Source of the DNA: Macrostomum hystrix
Taxonomy: Eukaryota > Animalia > Platyhelminthes
DNA length: 64,000 nucleotides
Reading direction: 5' to 3'
Assembly (NCBI GenBank): GCA_950097015.1
Contig: CATNEN010000011.1
Span: forward strand, 4,278,001 to 4,342,000
A program made the position numbers and the translations under genes. Below are positions 21,216 through 32,000 of the stretch, in pieces (the stretch's first letter is position 1; the number at the start of each line of letters is the position of its first letter). Under the pieces are notes generated by a model. That model worked only from the letters and a program-made list of their open reading frames with translations. It was not told the origin of the DNA and ran no database searches.

Positions 21216-21686
21216 ACTACTAAGTAGCTAAGTAAAAGAAAGCATATCGCATTGCGTGCATCAAACAGCAATGTTTTTACAAGAGATAAATATGACGTAA
21301 CACCTAGTCATTCAAGTCTAGGAACTTTAGCATTTAATATTAAGATAGTTAAGATAGATTAGATTAGATAGATTAAGATAGGGCTACCAAGGCAAAAGCA
21401 CGTGACAGGCTCGTATTTTAAGGACGAGTTAAAGCTAAAACTCATTGAGAAGTCGATTTTGTGATGACAAATGACATTTTTAGTTTCGATGAATTTTAAG
21501 CTATTTTTATGGCTGCAGTGTTTTTATATTTTATTATTTAATGCATCGCAAGTAGTTCTATTTTGTTTTTTGTCTTAGTTTTTTTTAAATGAAAATTCCG
21601 GCTCATTCTGTTCTATTCTGTTTGTCAAGAATCAAGAGTTATGCATCCTTCTACGAGTACTTTCATAGCTGTTGTCAGCAAGTTAG

Positions 21687-22702
21687 TCAGAAATGTCGAG
21701 AGCCTAGCCCAGTCAGCCAGCGGATACTTCGCCAGGGACCCTGCTCATTGGCTCTGAGAACGCCCGCTGGCTGCAAAATTGACGAGCTGCCGTGAACAGC
21801 CTCCAGAAATGGCGTCTCCATATCGTTGCCAAGCTCGTTCAGCCGCGCCCTGAACTGACCCAAAACCTGCTCACTGTTAGCAGGAGGAGCAGCCACCGAC
21901 CTGCATCTCGGATTTCTGTCCTTAGTGTCTTTGGTGACTTCCTTCAGCTTCTTAAAGGCTGCCTGAGCTTCGGCTAAATTGTCAGAGTCCATCGCGCTGC
22001 TCAGCTGCGTGCTGGCTGTCAGAAGCGACTCCGTTGACGTCACCGAAGCCAGCTCAGAGGCGGTTTTGGACAGGGCCTCGAGGCGCAGCTGAGTTTCGCG
22101 CAGCTCCAAGCTGCACCGATCGAACCAGTCAATCCATTGTGTCAGCTCTGCCTGGCCTTGTTCAGCATATTCAGCCTCTCTACTGGCTGTAGCTAGCAAA
22201 GCCTTGCATTCTTGCTGGAATATTGTGACCGATCTAGTTAAGCTATCTACTGTACTGATGTGTTGCTCTAAAGTGCAACGATACCAACCTGAAACTTGAT
22301 TCGATCCTCACTAAAGTGCAAGTCGCACAGATGCCGGTCGCAGTGTTTGCACAGGCTGAGCGCTGGCCGCAGGCAGTTTTGTCCGTGTTCCAAATCAGCC
22401 TGACAAGTAGCTTTTTGAATGCGAATCAACTTGTCGATAACGTCACGCAGCTCCGAGTTTTCAGTTGGTCTGCCAGCAAGACGATCTCGACAAATCGGGC
22501 ATAGAGGGTCAGCCGAAGCTGCCTGCAGATTTTGGTAGCAGACTCTGCAGAGAGAGTGGTGCCGCGAGCACACGAAGCAGGGGTCCTTGTAGGTGTTCAG
22601 ACACACCGCGCACTCAAGCCCAGTCTCGAGGGCCTGGCTAGCCTGAGCTCTGGAGACTGTTGCACTTTGAGTTCGCCTGTCTGTCAAAGTTAAATTGGTC
22701 AT
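21687..22702 (-). CDS. TRIM-like RING-B-box-coiled-coil paralog E; complement(join(21687..22214,22289..22702)); possible micro-exon 23102..23117
   Basis: CAVC...VCSRHHSLCRVC...CPIC RING and CKHCDRHLCDLH B-box. 74-bp phase-0 intron KFQ|GT...TTCCAG|QECKALL at the same position as in the paralogs. Confidence 0.78.
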
Positions 22703-23339
22703 CTCAACATCTCAATCTACTGACAAGGTAGTTGTAGTGAGGGTCACTAATATACCTTCATAGCTGTCAATGTCAAGGAACAGCATTGCTATTAAAAAAT
22801 GCTATTGCTAATAAAGGATTAAAGTGAAAGCAGTTGCCATGCAAGTCTTAGAACATACCTGCCCGAGTGTAGTTCTCTGCTGCTCTAAACTGATTCATTG
22901 CTATACTTTGGATTCTACATAAAGCGTTATAAGGTGCTAGTCTGCGAAAGCTTCCATTGAATAGATACAGTATATAGACGGGCTGTACAGGAGTCCTATC
23001 TAAGTCTAGGTTCCGCATGTGGAATGACGCACTTTCATAGACTGAGCGTACAGTGAGCCTATTTTTAGCGGCAAAAGCGCGCCAACTCCGTCCATTCTAA
23101 CCGTCTCTGGCCGCCATGTACACTGCGAAAACGAAAACTCAATTTGTACAGCAACGTACAACTCGTAGAAACCGGAATCAGGGAGAGAAACGGACAGGAG
23201 AAGACTGTCCTAAAATCCTTAGCCAAAATTGTCATAAAAGCAGCGGGTGGAGGACTTCTGTGGACCTAACGCGGCCGAAATTCTCAAAGCACACGAAGTA
23301 ATATCGAATGACAAACTATAAGTAACAAGCTGAACCGAT

Positions 23340-26300
23340 ATGGGTACCCAAGGTGAGTCAATATCGAAGCCTGGTCATTTTTGCTGCTAAATATGGGTTT
23401 TAGTTCAGCAGCTAAGATCCTAGTTCAAAAGATGGGATTCTAGTTATACAGATGGGACTCTAGTTAGACAGATGGGATTCTAGTCATACAGATGGGACTC
23501 TAGTTAGACAGATGGGACTCTAGTTAGACAGATGGGACTCTAGTTAGACAGATGGGACTCTAGTTAGACAGATGGGACTCTAGTTAGACAGATGGGACTC
23601 TAGTTAGACAGATGGGACTCTAGTTAGACAGATGGGATTCTAGTTATACAGATGGGATTCTAGTCATACAGATGGGACTCTAGTTATACAGATGGGACTC
23701 TAGTCATACAGATGGGATTCTAGTCATACAGATGGGACTCTAGTTAGACAGATGGGACTCTAGTTAGACAGATGGGACTCTAGTTAGACAGATGGGATTC
23801 TAGTTATACAGATGGGATTCTAGTCATACAGATGGGACTCTAGTCATACAGATGGGACTCTAGTCATACAGATGGGACTCTAGTTAGACGGATGGGACTC
23901 TAGTTAGACAGATGGGATTCTAGTTATACAGATGGGATTCTAGTCATACAGATGGGACTCTAGTTATACAGATGGGACTCTAGTCATACAGATGGGACTC
24001 TAGTTAGACGGATGGGATTCTAGTTAGACAGATGGGATTCTAGTTTTACAGATTGGATTCTAGCTAGACAGATAGGATTCTAGTCATACAGATGGGATTC
24101 TAGTTTTACAGATAGGATTCTAGCTAGACAGATGGGATTCTAGCTAGACAGATGGGATTCTAGTTATACAGATGGGATTCTAGTTATACAGATGGGATTC
24201 TAGTCATACAGATGGGATTCTAGTTAGACAGATGGGATTCTAGTTTTACAGATAGGATTCTAGCTAGACAGATGGGATTCTAGTTTTACAGATGGGATTC
24301 TAGTTTTACAGATAGGATTCTAGCTAGACAGATGGGATTCTAGTTATACAGATGAGATTCTAGTCATACAGATGGGATTCTAGTTATACAGATGGGATTC
24401 TAGTTAGACAGATGGGATTCTAGTTATACAGATGGGATTCTAGTTAGACAGATGGGATTCTAGTTATACAGATGAGATTCTAGTCATACAGATGGGATTC
24501 TAGTTAGACAGATGGGATTCTAGTTATACAGATGGGATTCTAGCTAGACAGGTTGGATTCTAGCTAGACAGATGGGATTCTACTTATACAGATGGGATTC
24601 TAGTTGTACAGATGGGATTCTAGTTAGACAGGTTGGATTCAAGTTTGAAAACTGGGATTCTAGTTAGACAGATGGGATTCTAGTTATACAGATGGGATTC
24701 TAGTTCAAAAAATGGGATTCTAGTTCAAAAAATGGGATTCTAGTTCGAAAAGTGGGATTCTAGTTAGCAATTTTTTTCTACTTAGACTCATGTATTGTTA
24801 GATAGACCAAGAAGTGTTTGTTAACAATAACGAATATATATTTTTTCTCGCATTCAACTAAAAACATGCAGTGGAGAGCGCAGACATTGAGCTGACGTGT
24901 CCCGTGTGTCTGGAACAGTTCGAGGATCCCTGCTTTGTGTGCAAGAATCACCACACATTGTGCCGCGCGTGCTATTCCAACATCGAGAAAGTTCCAACTA
25001 CTCGCAGATGCCCGGAGTGCCGCGAGAGGCTTCAACGACCCGTGGAAAACTCCCAGATGCGTCGCCTAATTGAGGCCAGCAAAGTGCAGGCGCTGTACCG
25101 AGGCCCCAGGTGTCAGGTGGCCGGTGACTGCGATGAGTCTTTGGTCATCCTGTGTGAGCACTGCGACCAAAAAATGTGCATTCTGCACTATAGTGCGCAT
25201 GAAGAGGATATAAAGGTAATGCAACTGTGAATAACCTGCAACTCTGTTGGGGTTGTAGCCTAGCGGTTAGAGCGTTGAAGGTTGGGGATTCGATTCTTAA
25301 CTCTACTGGAACGATTTGTGTCCTTTAGCAAGACACTTAACTCTGCGCGCTTCAGTTCACCCAGCTGTTAAATGTGTACAAGCGTCAGTTAGGGTAGTTA
25401 AGGGTGTGGCGTCCCCCCAGTCCATGAACTGAACAGCTGTACGCAGCCTTCAGATGCGCCGCGCAATAGCTGCGGCTGTGTTGTAGGCTGCACAACTGGT
25501 CTAATTACTGCAGGTGTGATCTATTATTATTATTACTGCCCTGTAAAACTGGTAAGATATACCAGCACAAAATAATTCTTTCACTTGGGAAATAATTCAA
25601 GACTTCACTTAAGTTCACTTGCAGTTGCTTCCAAATCTAAAATAAATTTGTTGAGCCAGATTTATTTTCGATTCTGCCCACTACATGACTTTTTGGACAC
25701 AATTTATAAAAGAAGTACTCAGGCTTGCTGTTGAAAGCCGCCACAGACTCGGGCAAGTAAAAAGTTCTGAGTCAGTCATGAAACCGCTTCAGACTGAATT
25801 CCGGTCGCTACTGGCCCTGGCTGACGAGTCGGCCAAGCAGTCGGAGAAGCGAAGACGAGTTGCTGCTGAGTGGAACGACTTCCTTGAGCACTGCTTCGTC
25901 CAGCTTCGAGACCGCTATCGTGAACGACTGGAGCGCTCTTTACCAGCATCCGCGCTGGAAAACGAGCTGCGAAATTGTGCTGCTGATATGCGAGCCGCAA
26001 TCAACTCTGACAACCTGCGAGCTGCCGACAAAGCCTCAGGGAGACTCAAAGCGCTGTCCAAACGATCGCGAACGGATGAGGATCAGCGACAGATTATCGC
26101 AGAGCCAAAGTTGGAGATGCTTTCACCTGCGATGCTGGAAACAATGTCCGCTGTGCTAGATGAAATCGAGCGAGCTTATCTCGACCGGGCGTGGGGTCTG
26201 ACGGAGAGGCTGTGCATTTTTAAGGTTGTCAGCGCCAAAGTGTCGAATGGCAAGGAGTTTCTCAAAATAAAGGAAAACAGCTGCCGCGTTGCTTACGAAA

Positions 26301-26644
26301 TGCCAGGCCACGGCGATCAGTACTCTCAGTACGAGGTGTTGTCCGCCTGCGCTATACCTAGTCGATCATCCAATGAAATCATCATTCGATTCGACTTTGA
26401 GAAGACTTTCGACTACAGCATCAGAGCAGAGTACAATGGTCGTTCGATTCTGGTGAAGTTTCTATCTCAGAGAATTGTTGAAATCCCAATTTACCTGCAG
26501 TTCAAGTGGAAAGAGGCGATCGGATCGCCGGGCACAAGGGTGTCTTTGAGGAGCAAGGTCCTGCACCTGAGCGCTTCCATCAGAGCGGATGACCTACTTA
26601 ATCAAGGAGAATACATAGAAGAAACTGACTTCGCGCGTAAGTAA
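23340..26644 (+). CDS. TRIM-like RING-B-box-coiled-coil paralog F with extra C-terminal beta-rich (filamin-like?) domain; join(23340..23352,24872..25215,25793..26644), about 402 aa
   Basis: ATG GGT ACC CAA G|GTGAGT micro-exon (phase 1) fits acceptor CAG|TG at 24872. RING CPVC...CKNHHTLCRAC...CPEC; B-box CEHCDQKMCILH...H. Phase-0 intron to TTCAG|TEFRSLL. A donor (GTAAGT, 26637) may extend it further. Confidence 0.78.
23400..24765. repeat. 20-bp minisatellite (GATGGGA[C/T]TCTAGT[T/C]A[G/T]ACA), about 68 units, in intron 1 of paralog F
   Basis: Read directly. Confidence 0.95.
25249..25536 (+). mobile_element. SINE family B: tRNA head plus CORE-like central domain, ATT tail
   Basis: TAGCCTAGCGGTTAG (A box) and GGATTCGATTC (B box), then TGTGTCCTTTAGCAAGACACTTAACTCTG...CAGTTCACCCAGCTGTTAAATG resembling the MIR/CORE motif TGTGACCTTGGGCAAGTCACTTAACCTCTCTG...CAGTTTCCTCATCTGTAAAATG. 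Confidence 0.65.
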
Positions 26645-26669
26645 ATTTGTTTATGTTTCTGGCCTCTAT

Positions 26670-26876
26670 AGACACCCTGACGCAAATGTCTCTAATTTCA
26701 CTGATCAAGCCTAAATATTAGGCGCAGCTCAACCACAGTATACACCATCGCCTAGTCTGTCAACCAATCAGTCACCACCCAACGCTGTTAGCATTCAGGC
26801 GCTGCTAAAAAAATTTCCAGGGGGCCCCCTTGGAATAAAAACGGGCGGCACAATGGCTTGGTCGTTCTAATGTTAA
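26670..26876 (+). repeat. Dispersed about 210-bp repeat, copy 2
   Basis: See copy 1. Confidence 0.85.
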
Positions 26877-28119
26877 AACGAGGTCCTTGAACTTAGAATT
26901 ATTCGTTCTTTGTTTTGCGGTACTGACTGTTTTCCGACAAAGTTACGCTTTTATAAAATGCGATTGGCACAGATTGGCAGTGCTTGTTTGTAGAAAAAGT
27001 GTACAGTAAAATGTGGCGCCAACGCTGATTCTAACCCTTACAGTGCTGGACGGAACCAAAGCGACTATTGGCAGCATCCGCGTGTCCACGAACTTACCAA
27101 AAGTTCTTCAGAACGTACAGCAAGAGCTGTCCCCGGATGAAATCTCTGCTATTGAAGACATTAGACAAGTTATCGACGGCCAACTAGTTGAAGACTCGTG
27201 AAGCTTTTTTGGCCGTCTGCGAGATATAAACCCCTTTAATTACCACAGGAGCCATGGGCTACTTAACGGCATTAGACCTTTATCAGCCGTCTGATTTTTT
27301 GTTATAACGGTGTCAGATAATTATTTAAAAAATTTTGTCAATGACAGCTTGATTCAAAGATAACAGCTTAGTGCAGTCTTGATTCGAATAAACAATTAAG
27401 GTTCAATTATGAGTGAGCTATGCTCAAGCTATGTACGCATACGTTATGATTGACATATTTTATGATTGTCAAGAATTTAGTAGCTAATAGTAGTATTCCT
27501 TTGATTTTGCGTTCGGTTATGCAAAGATTTTTTTGTGAAGCCCTAACATTCAATACTAAGTAATGGAACTAGTAACTATATTTAGTAAGCTTTGAACGGA
27601 ATTTAGGAAGCGTGATGTGCATGAAGCTTAAAACTTGAGTTTTATTATTTTATAGACTGATATTGCAATTTTTATTTTAAATTCTAGTCATTTTTTCTGC
27701 TTGACGGAATTACGTGCCATAATTGTTCACTTTTATTTGACAGATGTCCATTACACATTCCATAAGCCCGATAGCTTGGAGTTTTTGGTCTAAACATAAC
27801 TTTTTTGTTTTACTTTTATCCGACTTGCCTGACATCATAAAAAAAATCCCTCGAACTGACGATCCACAGAAACCTCAAACATGATGTTCTTTATTTCCTC
27901 GATTTAAAAAAAATTACATTTTAATCGATCGATAATTATTTTTAATGCTTTTAGAGGTTTTCCAGACCTTCTGGCTTCAATGACAAAACTAATCGTTTTG
28001 CGTTGAAATTATATTGCAAATCTATATTTGTTAAAAATAAATAAATATGTACGGTATAATCAATACAATATAAGCAACAATTATAGCCGACCTGGCTGCC
28101 TAATTAAATTTTGTGAGCA

Positions 28120-28286
28120 GAACTTGTGTGATGAAATTTGTCGTTTTTGGCACCAGACTCCGATGAGAATCGTTGAATATCTAGACTCTGTAGATGTCTT
28201 GTGATTCTAGAAATCGTTTCATCGGATAGAGCGGAAATTTCTAGCCCGTATTCAGGATTTTCATGGAAATGAGGGTATTTGAATTA
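28120..28286 (-). mobile_element. Partial copy of the 6995-7492 MITE-like element (left arm)
   Basis: Reverse complement CCATGAAAATCCTGAATACGGGCTAGAAATTTCCGCTCTATCCGATGAAA matches 7011-7060. Confidence 0.7.
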
Positions 28287-29014
28287 CTTTAGTTTTCAAT
28301 GATAGCACGAAAATGTATTATTAGGAGTAAACATTAAGCCAGAGTACATCTCTTTATAAATGAATTTGCTGCTTCCCATTGCAATATGCCGGTTTAGTTA
28401 GCAGCTTTTACAATTATCAATTATTTATTTCCTTAACTTTCAGCGCTTACAGAACACATGGTTGCAAGAATATCACATGAGTTCAGAAAAGTCACACAAT
28501 TCGAGCGTAGTTATCACACGTGAAGTCGTAACTTGATCAGAATGATCAAGAGCAACAGTCGAAAATGAGAGCGTATTAAAATAACAATATCCAGAAATTT
28601 GACGTTACTTTATTTTTTAAACAACTAAATACGCTTGTCTTAACTTCCGAAAAATCCTAAAAAACTAGAGAATCACATGATAAATGAAAAGCGAAAAACA
28701 TAATAGAAAAAAGAAAGTTCTCCCAATATCTCATAAACTGCGATGTGATTCTCGTTAAATAGTACGGGAGTATTAAAATGGATAGATAAAACTCTGTCAG
28801 CACTCCAGGTGCCTGAAGTAGCACGTCGAATTCAGACATTTTTTGTTTTCTAAAAGTACATATGATAATCTAAAAACAATAGCTAAAACTCTTTCATAAT
28901 TCATATTTATGTATATAGTTCGTGCCAGACGTTACATCAAAGTGAACTAACTAATTTAGTAACACTTTTGTACATAATAGTCGATAACTTTTGAGTCTCC
29001 ACGAGTGTCTATGT

Positions 29015-32000
29015 CTACTTGACGAACTTGACAGACGGTTTCTTGGAATCTGGGAGCTCGTTGTAGACCTCCAGGAGCAGGCTGGGCAGGTTCATGCTGA
29101 TCTTGATGCTACCCACTTGATCGTCGTTCAGCATTACTAGAAATTCATTTTGGCTATTAAGTAATTTTCTGAAGATCAGAAAAAATCAGTAAAATGTTTG
29201 CCCTGGCATGGTTTTCAGTATCTCAAATATCTTAAACGGTCTAACTAAAGACTATTACTGTTATCAACAGAAGCAGGAAAACGATTACGTACACGGAAAA
29301 CTCTCTTCGCGGATGTCATTGCCGCGTGCGATTCTACCATCCAGATCGACAACGGCTCGGCCAAGGTCCATATAGAAGTCGCTGTCGGGGTCCGATGGCT
29401 CGCACACCACTGTGAATGCAATCTCAATGTGCTCGCTTTGAAGGAGCAATGCGGCCAGCAACTTGCGCTTCTCATAGCTGCTACCGAAGCTGTAATCAAA
29501 TGGCCTCTTAAAGTTGTAGCTCAGGCTGAACTCCTTGGGTCGCGATCGACCGGGTCTGGGAGTTGGCAGAGAGTTTGGTGTTTCAGTTTCATCGTTAGGA
29601 AAACCTGGCAGCTGGAAGGACACGTAGCACTTCGTATCATCGAGGTCTGGATTCTTCAAAGTCTGGCAGGTCTCATTGAACTGCACGCTGAATATCTGGA
29701 CTGTGCAGGTCTCCAAGGAGACCTGTCCGGTGGCCGTCAGCATCAGCTGATCGCCGTGACTGCTCTCCGTCACCACACCGTCAGAGTCCTCAGCCTCTGG
29801 CGCTAGATTTTCAGTCTGGTCGTAGTCGTCCTCGTACTCTGCTTCTTCTTCTTCTGCATCCGCTTCTTGATGGCCCGTTTCTGGCTCGTCGTAGTCGTCA
29901 TCTTGCGACTGCAGGACTTGGTTGTTTCTGGCGGCACTTGCAGCTGAAGAAAAGGACAGCATACCCTCATCGGGGTAAACAAAATGCTTAGTTTACTAAA
30001 AAAATTCTAAAATAGTTTTGAGATGAATAAGTCCGCACTCACCGAAGGCCCCGTTGCGTGCATCATGCGTATCGGTTATACTAGTGACACTCTCGGTGAC
30101 CGAAGCTACAATTTGACAATAGAAGACAATAGTTCACGTTTAGACATCCAAGTCAACTTTAAGGCAGAAGTGCTTGAATTATTATTGAAATTCTCTGCCC
30201 TCGTACCATCCATCAGTGTGCTAACGCGTGTCTGGCTAGCCTGGGTGTCACCGGCACCACCGCTGCCGCCGACTCCAAGACGTCGCTCTGCGGCAGCGGC
30301 TGCTAGCACAGCTGCTGGCGGTTGACGCCGATGTGGTGGCTGCGGTGTTTCAGAAGTCTGAAGCTGTAATTATTTAGACACTAATTAGCGTTGTTTATGA
30401 AGTCGCATCATCGAAAATCCAGCCACGAGGGGGGTGAATGCTGGGTATTCAGTTAAGGATATTTAACAAACCTGGCTCTCTCCTGCCAAAGATCCTGATC
30501 GACTGCCACTTCGCACCGTCGGTCTAGGGGACGTCTCCGAAGCAGATGAAGCTGCGGCTGCTGCTGCGTGTGCAGGACTGCGCTCTCTTGGCGAAGGACC
30601 TTGACTGTTGCCACTGGCACTGCCACCGCCTCGACGCTGTGTGCGCGGCTGCTGTTGCTGCTGCTGCTGCTGTTGCTGCTGAGTCTGTGGCTGAATAGCT
30701 TGATCTTGCTGTTGTCGTGATTCAGCTCCTTTGTTGCCAGCACCAGTAGCGATCGCTTTCTGCCTCTGCTGCTGCTTCTGCTGCTGACTTCTGTCCCGAA
30801 GCAATTCCGCTTCTCCCGTCATCAGCGGCAGCGGCTCCGCTGGTCCATCCCAATGACCAGCAGGCATGTAGGCAAACTGCCAGCTGAGCTCCAGCTCCAA
30901 GGTACCGCTGGGCTGTTCGTCTGGTCCAAGAAGCTGATAGATGCCCTGCACTGCTCGGTTCTGACTGAGCGACACCAGGTCCACCTGAGTAGGAGCAGTT
31001 TTTGGAGTAGCTGAATACTCACTATGGAGTAGAAATCAATAAGTTTTGATGCTTTACCTTCGCTACTCCCAAGAAGACACTCTGGTCTGGATCCGCCTCA
31101 TCCAGCACCCACACAACTAGCTTCTGTGTTTTCAGGTAGCTGTCTAGCGCCGGTGTTGGAGTCAGGGTCACCTGCTGATAGTACTGGAACTCCGGATCGC
31201 TTGAGTTCGGAATGGCGGGCGACAGGGCGTCCTCGCAGTCGTAGAACCTGTAGGAGCAGTAGGGCGTCGGCTGGAAGTCCGGTCGGCGAGCTTTGAGACC
31301 ACGGCAGCGAACAATCTTGATGCCGAGGGTGTTAGCTCCGCCGCCGGCTCGGCGGCTCTCAGCCATCTCGTCCAGGGCCTTCAGACCCTCGGCTGCAGCC
31401 TGATGATTGGCCGACATATAGCCCAGAGCCTTGGCGCGCTCCCTATAAAGCCTCATGGCCTGTTCCATAGGCACTCGCATGCGCATCCAGTAGTCCAAAC
31501 AACCGACTACTGTGACACCGTCGGGTGAGACCAACTGAGCTTGGCCCAACACGGGAGATGTAGGCTTGGACTCGAGCAGTTCCCGGAAGGTCAGCCGGCA
31601 TGCGGCCAGCAGCTGATAGTTGACGCCGACCGCATGATAAAGCTCTAGGCGGGCCTTTTTAGTGCGAGAGAAATCGAGATTAAGAACAGTACAAGCAGTA
31701 GCAGTAAAAATACTTAAAATAACTAAAGTTTTTTTTTCTGCATCTCCTAAAATGCTCAACCAATTGCCAATACACTGCAGATCACGGGCAAAAATTTTTC
31801 GCTCTTGGCGATGAAATAATTCCAGGATCCAGAATCATCGTCGAGATATTCAAGACTCTCCACGGAGTGTCAGGTGGCAAAAACCACCAATATAATAATA
31901 TTATTTTTTTATGCTCATAAAACTTCATCATGAAACCATGTTGGCTATTTTCTATTGATATTGTACTCGTTATATTGCTCATTTTTTAAATAATATGGAC

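Noticed and set aside
27013-27201. Short ORF as a further exon of paralog F
   Set aside because: Acceptors compatible with the phase-1 donor at 26637 hit stops before or outside this frame.
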